From Octopus vulgaris (taxonomy: Eukaryota): a stretch of 64,000 nucleotides of DNA. Within the stretch, counting starts at the first letter, position 1. Every line of letters begins with the position of its first letter. A program made the translations under genes and the position numbers. The stretch lies in contig OX597832.1 in the NCBI GenBank assembly GCA_951406725.2, forward strand, positions 4,092,001-4,156,000, given 5' to 3'. The notes under the pieces are model-generated. The model worked only from the letters and a program-made list of their open reading frames with translations, was not told where the DNA came from and did not search any database. This document shows positions 13,401-24,052 of the stretch, one piece after another.

Positions 13401-16400
13401 ATTAAACTATTATTCATACAGCTATGCCTTCAAGAACAGGGATACAATCAGCATTACAATCTGGCCTAAACACCCAACCTGTTTTATGTTCAAACTGGTC
13501 AGATTTGGCATCTCAAATCTACCCAACAATGTCATTCTATAAATAAACAACTACATCCTTGAAATTACAAAGATATGCGATAATGCATGCTTAATTCAAA
13601 ACAATGCAAATAAATAAGCATTGCATTTGACAGAGTAACCTCAATGTTAAAGGGGTTAAATGTAATTCAAGTCACTCAAAAAAAAATCTGTTTGAGTTTC
13701 TTAGGATATCCCTAGTTTTTTTTGTGGGGGGGGGTTCCCACTTCAATTGCTTTAAAATATCCCAGTCACCTATGACCAAAGACTGCAACATTGGTATTTG
13801 TATATAATCAATCACTGTTATAATGTATAAAGTCAATGATATGGTATAACCAATTAGTGTTGTGACAGACATAAACAAAACAATGATAGATAGAGAGAGA
13901 CAGTGTTGTATAAACACAGATGATGTGGCACAGCTCAAGTTGAGCCTTGGCAGACAGAACTACCTGATGTTGGAATATATGCATACAATCAGTCCCATAG
14001 TTTATACCTACAAACTATAAATATTGAAAAGGATTTTGTGAAAGTGATTTATATGTAAAGGACACATCCAGATAAAGACACAATTACAAGAAGTCATTCC
14101 CACCCATGCTAGCATGGAGGGCAGACATTAAATGATGATGATGTTATCACCAATCCATTCTTCACAAATGAAAAACTATTTCATTGTCAGATTTGAATTA
14201 AGTACAAAGAAAACTTACTCGGATTGCAAAACGTCGAAGGTCTAAACAAACTTCAAACATTACTGGAAGAAACCAATTCTCATCTTTCTGGCTTTGTAGA
14301 GCTTTGGTGCAAGCTATTTGGAAGGTTAAGTATAAACTGTTGCAGCCAATGAAGTAATTAATACACAGTACAATCAATGAATGCTACACATAACAATAAA
14401 CAGGAGCTAAAAAATCTATTTATACTTGACTCACTTTTTGTGTGTGTGTGTGTGTGCATAGTGGTTATATATAGTCAGTAGCAGGTGTTGATGTGGTTGC
14501 ATGTATATGATTACAAGAATTCATATAGAGATGAAGAATAAATTCAAGAATTATATATTTACTACATAAAAATATATCTTAATTACTAACGATGATGATA
14601 CATAGAATCATTATGTAGAATCTAGTTGAATGAAGTAATCTATGCAAGACAGTTCAGAGATAGAAAATGTAGAAATAACAGCTAAGTGGTGGCTTTCAGT
14701 CATGTGGTGTAGAGAAATAGACGGACATAGAAATGACGTAAATGACCCTAAGTCTAATCAACTAAGAAGCGAAGAGCAGGGTTAGCAAGCTGTTTTTATT
14801 AATGGAATGCTAGTCATTCTAGAAACTTCCAAGAGAAATACTAAGCTTCTTGAATAATTAAGAATCACCGACTGGCACCTGTGTCGGTGCCAGCCTTATC
14901 TGGCACCTGTGTCGGTGGCACATAAAAACACCATCCGAGCGTGGCCGTTCGCCAGCCTCGACTGGCACCTGTGTCGGTGGCACATAAAAACACCATCCGA
15001 GCGTGGCCGTTCGCCAGCCTCGACTGGCACCTGTGTCGGTGGCACATAAAATCACCCACTACACTCTCGGAGTGGTTGGCGTTAGGAAGGGCATCCAGCT
15101 GTAGAAACACTGCCAGATCTGACTGGCCTGGTGCAGCCTTCGGGCTCCCCAGACCCCAGTTGAACCGTCCAACCCATGCTAGCATGGAAAACGGACGCTA
15201 AATGATGATGATGATGATGATGATGATGTCTCATGACACAGATGCTTAAAAAAACTTAGGAAGGGAGGTTACTCTATAATCTTTCTTGCAAGGGAGATCA
15301 TTCAACTATTTAGCTACCACATGTGCATGCGTGAGTGCATGTCTATATGCATATATTTTATTAACATATATATATATATATATATATATACCGTAAATCC
15401 TCGAGTATAATCCGCACTTTTTTCCCAAAATTTAAAGGTCAAAATCCCTAATACATACTATATACGAGGTTAAAAATGAAAATTATTTTCAAAGCAATGT
15501 TCGAGTCTCTATTTGCTGTCCGGCAATGTTTATTCAAACGCATTTTGTGATGTCGGGCGTGAAAATACCTTAAGCTAAGCCTGAAAGCAATGAAGTCATA
15601 AAAGAATCATCCATAATTTGCAGAAGCAACATTTATTAAACGTTATTACTGTTATTTCTTTATTTTCTGCAAACAAAATGCACAAAAAAGCTACACGTTT
15701 GCATTATGTTATATATACAATAATAATAAAGGACGTTACCGTATAGTTTTACAAACCAAGGACGTTATATAGACCTCCTTGACTCAAGTTAGAGAAGAGG
15801 TGCGTATTATACTCAAGGGCGGACTATACTCGAGGATTTATGGTGTATATATATACATATATATATACACACATACACACACATTGTGTGTGTGTTTGCA
15901 TGTCTGTGCATACTTGTGTGTGTGTGTATTTTGGGAGGGGCACACTCATGGATATGAAGTTAACGGAATGGAAAAGTGACCCAGTGGTCACAAATTCAAG
16001 TACTACATCTGTCATTCTAACAAGAGGTTCCCCACTTAATTCATAAAAGCATCATACTTCAATAGCATGCAAAATCATTCTGTCAATATTAGCATAGAAA
16101 AAAAAAGAAATAAAACACTAAATAAATAAATGTTTGACATGTGATATTGAGGTGGTAATTGCTAAGAATTTTTCTGAAATTATACAAGCAGAAAAAAAAT
16201 GCTAACATCTGATGAGAACTAGTAAAAGGTAAACAGCAATAGAAATTAATCCACATATTCCTTGACTGCTGGCTAAGTCTTATCATCATCATCACCTCTA
16301 ATCAGCATCATTATCTAAAGTCTGTTTTCCATGTTGGCACGAGTCGGACAGTTTGACTGGAGCTGGTTAGACCAGGAGCCAAAATAAGCTCCTTTGTCTT

Positions 16401-19400
16401 TTCTAGCAGGGTTTCTACACTTGGATGCCCTTCCTAATGCCAACCACTCCACAAAGTATACTGAATGCTATTTATGTGGCACCAGCACCAGTGTCAATTC
16501 CATTGTAGTGGACAGGTCTTCTTGAATGTTATGAAGTATCATTAATCATCTATATTCATCAATCAACAGTCTTTAACAGTTAAGTGTCTTTAATTAACTT
16601 TAATTCAGGGACTTCAAAACTGTATGCAATCATACATCATATAATAAACTCATCCAATACCTGATAGCAGGTATTTCCACCTTTTTGTTTTTTTTTATAG
16701 AAATGCAAAGTCTAAGAGTTAATTGTATAAAAATATAAAAAGCAGGTGAAACCCTTATTTGTTTTATATCTCAACTACCTTCTGAAGCACACACATACAA
16801 TAATGACTCATGAATGCAAATAACAAACACATTAATGCAGACACTTGTATTTAATACATTCATATTATTTATTTCCAACCATGACATTCTACTGACATTC
16901 CATTTCATTCTTTCTCTTCAGGCACCCAAAACCAGGTGGTGGGGAAGAACTGGAGATGAGGCCTGAATGCTTGCAACAAAATGAATTTTATTAATGGCAC
17001 CCAAGGATCAGAAGATGCAATTTTGTGTATATTTGTGGTTGTAGAGGCATATATGATGCATTACTCTGTTACAGCCAAACTGATAACCACCCAGAGGGAA
17101 AATAATGAGAATTTTTATTATCGAGGGTGTTTTGTTCAAAAAACAACCAGAATGAGGTTCTTTCATATTGCATGTTCTTCCTTGGGGCAATGAATATCAT
17201 AAAATATCTGGAACAATAGATCATGTCAAATCATTTAATCAACTACCTTTTTAACATTGACCGTCTTAATCACAGCTGACCAACAGCTATATAACAACAA
17301 CTACTAACTTATTTTACTTTCTCAATCACTAAACATCATCTATTTACTATATCAGAATAATCAGCTGTCTTCAATATTTGTGCCAATAATCTTGCTGCTT
17401 GCAACTTACAAATACAGTGAAATGTATAGCTTTAAACAATGACAGAAGCAGTTAGCTCAAGACTGATTTTAATCTTACAAGGCCACTGTCTAATCTACAG
17501 CTGGACAAATCATAATGTGATTTCTAAACATTTACATAACTTGATACCAGTAAAAATCATATTGATACAACTATACAACTATCTTAAAAAGCATATATAT
17601 ATATATATATATATATAGAATATGAGGAGTTTAGTTCACTTGTGATCTAAACGAATAGGTACACTGGGTAAGTGGTATAGTTGGTCAACCATTAGGTTCC
17701 AAGATCACAACTACGGCTGGATCTAGGGATCTGTGTTAGGGTTCTGTTATAGCATGTATATATTATATTAGAATGAGTAGCTTAAGTCATTTAGAATAAT
17801 TTAATAAGAGTAAGGTGAATTTGAAGTCTTACACCTGTTTCTGAGATAACCCAGGTGGTTGGTTAGCATGTCCATATACTGGGTCTTTGATGATGGAATA
17901 CCCAGTGCACGGACATGCTAACCAACCACTTGGATTATCCTAGAAACAGCTGTAAGACTTCAAATTCACGTTACCCTAATTGAATTATTCTAAATTACTT
18001 GAGATACTCGTTCTGGCTTGGTTTTGATTTCTCCTCAATATAACATATATATATATATGTGTGTGTACATACATGATAGAGTGTAAGAGTCCTGAGAGAA
18101 AAATTAGACATAAGCAGCATCAGATGTGGTATGCAAGAGAGATGACTGCGCTGGTATGGTCATGTGCTGCATATGGATGAGGACAGCTGTGTGAAGAAGT
18201 GTCACACCCTAACAGTGGAAGGAACCTGTGGAAGATGTAGACACAGGAAGACATGGGATGAGGTGGTGAAGCACTACCTCCAAATGTTGGGCCTTACAGA
18301 GGCAATGACAAGAGACCGAGACCTTTGGAGATACGCTGTGATTGGGAAGACCTGGCAAGTAAAGTGAGATCGCAGCTGTGGCCAATACCAATGTCACATA
18401 ACCAGCCCATTTAAAAATACCCTTAAATCGCCAGGTAACATGCTGTGCTTGAGTAGACCTGTTGTGTCAAGTGAAACCGTAGTCATGACCAAAGCCAGTG
18501 CCGTCTGACTGGCACCAGTATTAGTGGCACATAATAAGCACCATTCAAGAGTGGAGTCAATGCCAGTGCCTCCCAACTGGCTCCCGTGCCGATGGCACAT
18601 AAAAAACACCTTCCAAATGTGGTTGATGCCAGTGCCGACTGGCTCCTGTGCTGGTGGCACATAAAAAGCACCCATTACACTCTCAGAGTGGTTGGCATCA
18701 GAAAGGGCATCCAGCTGTAGAAACCTTGCCAGATCAGATTGGAGTCTAGTGCAACCTACTGGCTTGCCAGTCTTCAGTTAAACTGTCCAACCCATGCCAG
18801 TATGAAAAACTGACATTAAACGATGATGATGAGGTATGTGTATTTGTCTTTCTCAGTGTATTGAGTTGCATCTCTTACTAAAAAAAAATTAACTTGGCCA
18901 ATCAATAAATGAAGATTGTTAAATAAGAACTGAAGTGGATATGATCAACTTATAAACTCTTGCAGGTGATATACCAGTAAGGCCACAGTCCAATGACTGA
19001 AATCAATAAAAGTATAAAATAAATCTGAGAAAATACAAGATGATCATAGCCAGGACAGCAATAAACAATTGATTATATAATGAATAAATTAATATTTCAA
19101 AGGATATTGGACAACCAGTGCTTGGCAACCATAAGCACTTAAGAAGTCACTGTTTGCAACAGCCCAGCAACATCTGAAATGCAAAAGACAAATTCAGTTA
19201 TTTCATATTTATGTATACAAATTTTCTTTTAATCTTTTCTTTGTTAATCAAGAATAAGTTATGTCATAAACATTATAGAAACACACAGAGAACCATATGA
19301 TTAACAACTACACTTCACAATCAAGTGGTTCTGTGTTCATTCTCACAGTATAGTACTTTGGGCGTGTATCATGTACTGTAGCATTCGACTGACCAATGTA

Positions 19401-21801
19401 TTATGAACAGAATTAGATAGGCAGAAACTGTACAGAAACATGTCACACACATAAAGGGCATCCCAAAAGTTATGTCCCGAGACAAAAAATAGGTTCAATA
19501 GGGTCCGGAATTGTCAGACAATTTTTCTAAATTTGAATAAATTAAATAAAATAATGATGAAAGAATGCACATGTACTTGTACATGATGGTTGAAATGAAT
19601 AATAATAACATAAAAGTCAAAAGTTTTGGTGCATGACTTTTGGCTGGGTGTGTACTATAATGGAGAAAGCTGCTTATTAATTACGTATGTAACAATTACT
19701 AAAAGTACTAAAAGAAAGCAATATTAAAAGCTTGACTGTCTGAAAATATTTCTATAAATTCATGTTCCAAGATATTTCCTATAATTTCTATTTCTGTTTA
19801 TCTTAATAATTACGATGCACACTCTTCTATCTCTCCCTCTCTTGTTCTTCATCCTTTCTGGGTTTTCTCTCCCACTCTTCCCTATTCTTCTCCTCTCCTC
19901 TTCACCGTTCCCTCTCTCTCACTCCTCCTCCTCGACTCTTTCGTCGCTGACATGTGATGAAAGAGAATCTATCTTTCTGCCCATTACTTTCCTAAAGGTA
20001 AGGTGTTTATACTGTCTCCTCTCATAAGCTCGTCTTCCTAGCGTTCATAATAATTTTTCTATCATCTTGGCTTAACAGCTCTCTGACCCATAGAAGTATG
20101 GAAAAGTGGTTGTTAAAACAATGATGATACACACACACGTGTGTGTATGTATTATATGCACACCAGTATATGTATTTGTTTATCAGTGTATTGAGTTGCG
20201 TCCCTTCTTATTAAAAAATTAAAAAAATTAATTTGGTCAGGCAACAGATGAAGATTGATAAATAAGAACTGGAGTGGATATGATCGATCAACTTATAAGC
20301 AAGTGGTGTCCCAGCATGGCCACAGTCCAATGACTGAAATCAATAAAAGAATAAAAGAGTACCTACTTGAGATGAGCTGCAACTAATTCATCATATGGAG
20401 GGTCAAAATAATTTTGACAATCGGATTCTGGTTTCTCCAACTGCAAACGTCTATTTGCAACATGAGCATGTTTGAAAGAAAACAACGTCTGAAAGTAAAA
20501 AAAAGGTTTACAAGATATGTAAAGAAGAAAGAGTAACTAATCAGAATATGTTCATTGGGTTAGTATTTAAAATTATGATGGTACTATCGATATCATAGAA
20601 GAACAGTGGCTGTGAGGCGAAGGTACAACATTATTGACATGGTCGTAAATTATCTAAGTCCTAACCCTTTACCCTTCAGCAAGGCACATAACTCCGCTTG
20701 GCCCAGTTTGCCAAATTGACAAAAATCTAGTTTCGCTCATAACATCCTAGTTGAGTGGTTAATAGTAGAAAGGGCATCCAAGTGTTGATACTTAAGTGAG
20801 AAAGGTATGTAGCAGGGGGGGTACTACATACTCATAGCAATTGCCAAAACAATGAAATAAAGCCCATTTCACATGTGCAAAAGTGGAGTTAAAATTATGA
20901 TTCGGTGAAGAGAGAAAAATGTTGATTTTTTAATGACAGCAGTATCTTTATGAGTACTGTAAATTAGTTAAGGGCTATTTCGCAAATCAGCTACTCAGTA
21001 ATTAAAATGTTCTTTTATGATAACCAGCATCATTATCATCAGATTACACCTGCATCGCCATGCAGGTCTTAGCTGGAAAAACTTGTCTTCCATATATTTC
21101 AATCGTTACCTCATGAAGCATGGTTTAAATTAAATTTGTTGAAGCAGACTTTCTGTGGCCAGAAGCTGTTCCTGTCACTAACTCTCACCTATTTACTAGC
21201 AAAGTAATATTTCCCCATGACCATAAGTGTGTTTCACAGAAAACTGGTTTAAACCAGGCAGTTTAGTAATAATTGGACAATATTGCAATGTACGATAGCA
21301 ACACTAAATCTTAAAATAAAATATAATGATATTGTTAGAAGTTAATTTTTATACTTACAGCCGCCGCTAATCCGTCTCCGTTTCGGAATGCATGTTGGAC
21401 CTGCAAACCAATTACAATAAATTATAAAATGTCTAAATAACAGTTTTAAAAATCACATGATTCTGATTTTCATATTTTCTCAGATATTTCTAATGTTGTG
21501 AAGTGAAAACTACATTTGTTAACGCATAATTAACAAATTGGATGCAAACTAAAAACACTAGCAATTATAAAATAAGTTTTATTTTATAGTAAAATATAAA
21601 CATCAGACGGGAGTTGATTCAAGCCGAATGCGTTTATAATCATAAAAACAAAACCATTTCAAATAGTCATCATACTAAATAATCTAATGATTTTGCTTAT
21701 AGTTTTCTACTAAAATAGGTGACATTAAAAGATAATTTTATTAGTAAAAAAGACTAATTTCTTACTTTGGTCAGATATTGATTAAGCGAAAGATGCGCCA
21801 T
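2275..21801 (-). CDS. PCID2: PCI domain-containing protein 2 (TREX-2 subunit), spliced gene, 12 exons in window, 3' end beyond position 1
   Basis: The spliced translation [22 protein letters not shown]...[12 protein letters not shown]...[11 protein letters not shown]...[10 protein letters not shown]...[18 protein letters not shown]...[37 protein letters not shown]...[11 protein letters not shown]...[22 protein letters not shown] closely matches animal PCID2 as I recall it. The exons total 986 nt and all phases are compatible. Confidence 0.97.
3348..3421 (-). CDS. PCID2: PCID2 exon 11 ([24 protein letters not shown])
   Basis: ccccag / gtaag, 74 nt. Confidence 0.95.
4494..4594 (-). CDS. PCID2: PCID2 exon 10 ([12 protein letters not shown]...LLPVKMLL)
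   Basis: ttctag / gtaagt, 101 nt. Confidence 0.96.
5696..5742 (-). CDS. PCID2: PCID2 exon 9 ([15 protein letters not shown])
   Basis: actag / gtgag, 47 nt. Confidence 0.96.
6552..6646 (-). CDS. PCID2: PCID2 exon 8 ([17 protein letters not shown]...VTY)
   Basis: tttcag / gtaaat, 95 nt. Confidence 0.96.
7050..7430 (-). mobile_element. tRNA-derived SINE family 2 with internal microsatellite; approximate ends
   Basis: Head gtggctgtgtggtaagaagc...ggttcagtccc and tail ...gactgaaacaagtaaaag; copies at ~34215-34640(-), 38817-38960(-), 43015-43370, 54368-54690, 60145-60270. Confidence 0.75.
7440..8200 (+). mobile_element. Degenerate Penelope-like element: RT C-terminal region and GIY-YIG endonuclease
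   Basis: HYQSALP...LTLNGYP...LKLPH, then [29 protein letters not shown] (GIY-YIG VY..C..C..YIG.T.R motif); frameshifted. Confidence 0.8.
10080..10960. repeat. ~880-bp compound (TA)n/(TACA)n microsatellite
   Basis: Direct reading; source of the YI-rich spurious ORFs. Confidence 0.98.
11527..11602 (-). CDS. PCID2: PCID2 exon 7 ([25 protein letters not shown])
   Basis: attag / gtaaaa, 76 nt; visible in ORF 11407..11649. Confidence 0.96.
11632..11855 (-). mobile_element. SINE family 1 with 15-bp target-site duplication
   Basis: gaaataaacaatatt at 11617-11631 and 11856-11870. Confidence 0.85.
12653..12756 (-). CDS. PCID2: PCID2 exon 6 ([10 protein letters not shown]...CFRVCASD)
   Basis: ttctag / gtatgt, 104 nt. 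Confidence 0.95.
13113..13286. mobile_element. Tc1/mariner-like MITE
   Basis: TIRs ggtgggctaaaag...cttttggcccacc in TA context; related copies at 47870-48056 and ~19453-19652. Confidence 0.7.
14219..14315 (-). CDS. PCID2: PCID2 exon 5 ([32 protein letters not shown])
   Basis: U12-like branch ATACTTAAC just upstream; gtaagt donor; exact 5' boundary inferred from reading frame. Confidence 0.9.
15391..15843. mobile_element. TcMar (Tc2/pogo-like) MITE inserted in a (TA)n tract
   Basis: TIRs CCGTAAATCCTCGAGTATAATCCGC / GCGGACTATACTCGAGGATTTATGG. Confidence 0.85.
18074..18832 (+). mobile_element. 5'-truncated RTE LINE; approximate ends
   Basis: [28 protein letters not shown]...RDLWR C-terminus followed by 3' UTR and (GAT)n tail. 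Confidence 0.85.
19108..19173 (-). CDS. PCID2: PCID2 exon 4 ([21 protein letters not shown])
   Basis: tttcag acceptor; followed by U12-type donor ATATCCTTT; 66 nt. Confidence 0.93.
20367..20488 (-). CDS. PCID2: PCID2 exon 3 ([16 protein letters not shown]...LVAAHL)
   Basis: tttcag / gtaggt, 122 nt. Confidence 0.95.
21359..21400 (-). CDS. PCID2: PCID2 exon 2 ([14 protein letters not shown])
   Basis: ttgcag acceptor, gtaagt donor, 42 nt. Confidence 0.9.
21766..21801 (-). CDS. PCID2: PCID2 exon 1 ([12 protein letters not shown])
   Basis: ATG at 21801, donor GTAAG, phase 0. Confidence 0.95.
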
Positions 21802-22290
21802 TTTTCATTTAAATGGTATTAAACTACAGATGATGTGACCAGCTGGTCGGAGCCGAACAGCAAAACAGTTTTGTAATATTGATTCACTTCATTTTCTTAA
21901 TCAGGTCACAAATTACAGAAATATATTATAATCTTTTAGATCATTTATTGTTTGCTTCAATTATTTGTTTCAAGTTATCAAACTTTTTTCTACTAAAAGT
22001 ACAATAAGATTATGAATTGGTAGCAACACATGAATAAATCGAGATAATGGACAATAAAAAAAAATCAAGTATTCTTTCCTGTCACTCCTAAACAAATTAA
22101 AATGGAAAGTCTTTTTACATTTTTAAATTGACGGAAAATTTGAAAATATCCACAGGAGCTTCATCTTCATGTCTGCTACATGGCAAGCATTTGAAGGTCC
22201 ACTAGTTTGATAAGCACTAACGAGATTCGATCATATTTTAGAAAACAAATATGTTGAGCACTCACAAAATTCTCTTCCTATACTCTAAAG

Positions 22291-22436
22291 CAGTGGTTCC
22301 CAACCTTTTCACTACCAAGGATCCCTTTTATTTAAATGAGTTTTCCCACAGACCCCAGGATATTGAAAGGTCTGTCAGCTTAGCATGTTCACATACCCCG
22401 GTACGACCTTTGCGGACCACAGTTTGGAAACCACTG
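22291..22436. mobile_element. hAT (Charlie-like) MITE
   Basis: TIR CAGTGGTTCCCAA / TTGGAAACCACTG; 8-bp TSD ctctaaag/ctctaagg. Confidence 0.85.
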
Positions 22437-22919
22437 CTCTAAGGCATCCAAAGAAAAAATTCTATTTGAAGAGTAAATTGGAGCGGAGACTTAATTCCAA
22501 ATACTGTCGAATCCAAGAATCTGCATTCTATTTTCCTTGTTTTAATATTTCAAATCATATGAACTCTAACCACAATTAATTTGCAAATATTAATTCAATA
22601 TTATCTTTCGAAGGTTATCTCTGACAGATAGTATGTTATAATAATTATTTTTCAGAGATGTACTCGTTTGTTAAAACTGACAATTACATTGTGGAAGAGC
22701 ATTTTTGGTCATTAAAAAAATAAACAGAACTGTCACTTTCTTTTTCGCGAGCTTTACGAGGACACGGGCTCGTGAACACTGACTGTTACATATTTTGTAA
22801 AGCACACTGCTAACACAGTAGAACAGTATTGACTTATAAAACCGTTTAATATACTTTATAGTATATTGTGGTTGCATAACGAAAATACCGTGTCCCTACA
22901 AGTCATTATGTATATATTG

Positions 22920-23162
22920 CAGTGGTTCTCAATCATTTTTTGCCTATGGACCCTTTAATTCCCATTTTACTCGATTTTAGCCATTCGATGTCTAAAATTC
23001 CTATTATATTTTTGTGATTAAATATTATTAGAAATTGTATTTTAAAAAATGTTTAAATAGTTTATGTATTGTAGAAATGTATCCAGTTTGTTGCACATAA
23101 ACGTAAGCAACAAAATCTTATATGGACCCAAGAACCTTAAGGACCCTAGTTGAGAACAACTG
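22920..23162. mobile_element. hAT (Charlie-like) MITE
   Basis: TIR CAGTGGTTCTCAA / TTGAGAACAACTG; degenerate TSD atatattg/atataacg. Confidence 0.75.
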
Positions 23163-23665
23163 ATATAACGTTTGTATGTAACGTTCGTTGAGTACGCAAG
23201 ACTTGAAGTCGTTTTGCAATCTTGTTGTTAAGATGGTAAGCGATCGGTTGAAATACTACTCGAACATTTTGTTAAGGACTCACTGTTTTTGCCGGGCCCC
23301 GAAAGACCCCTGCCTTTTTTCTCGGTGACCTGGATGCGATTTGAAGTCGGAAATCCCTTGGGCAGAAGCAGATACTGCAAGAGATATCCTTCGACGTTCT
23401 AACATTCAACCAGTCCATCACCTTGGACAATACTTTATCAAAAAAGATGAGTCAGGATTTGAACTCAAAGCGCTGCGAGTCGGAACAAATAGCGCGGTGC
23501 ATTAAATCCAACGTTCTAAGTACTAACTGGTTTAAATCAACACAGAATAGTGAGTCTCAACAAAAATGTTATTTGTATATTAGTTCGAATGAAGACTTCA
23601 TGTGATAAATGTTGTAATCGAGGCTCGAGGAAAGTTATACCCTGCGACTAGGGCTGCATGGAAGA

Positions 23666-24052
23666 ATGGAAGAGCATGCAGACAATGTGGACGAAGCATC
23701 GTCATTAGAACTAATTGTGTCCGATAAAAACAAACCGTTTTCTACTGATGATGACGCATATCAACAGCTCAAATATGTTTACATCGGGCAGTCGATTGAT
23801 GTATTCGTATTAGTTAAGTATTGTCCTGAGCGCGATAAGTACTCGGATTTAGAGTCTTGGCGCTGTCGAATACGTCAGCTTGGGGTGCACGGTTGTCTGA
23901 CCCCTGCTCCAGAGACTGAAAGAAACAATGATGAATGCCGACTTTCGAGCAAGGAGCCTTCTGTTGATCATAGCTGGCACTTTGGCGAGTGTAAAATTTG
24001 CCTCAGTTTTACCGAGGGATCTGATTCCAGAACAGTTTCTCACTTCCATCTG
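23666..24052 (+). CDS. TRAPPC14: TRAPPC14 coding exon 1 (MEEHAD...SHFHL)
   Basis: ATG with A at -3 and G at +4; gtaggt donor; phase 0. Confidence 0.85.

Larger units (their letters stand above)
14316..19107 (-). other. U12-type (minor spliceosome) intron 4 of PCID2
   Basis: 5' end ATATCCTTT, branch ATACTTAAC about 10 nt from the 3' end, no polypyrimidine tract. Confidence 0.88.
21802..23665. promoter_or_regulatory. Divergent (head-to-head) promoter/5'UTR region of PCID2 and TRAPPC14
   Basis: Start codons point outward 1.86 kb apart; CpG visibly denser from ~22700 onward than in the introns; transcription start sites cannot be placed from sequence. Confidence 0.7.

Noticed and set aside
14860-15050. 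Regularly spaced ~60-bp units that look superficially CRISPR-like
   Set aside because: The units are near-identical tandem repeats inside a LINE 3' UTR with no unique spacers, and the DNA is eukaryotic.
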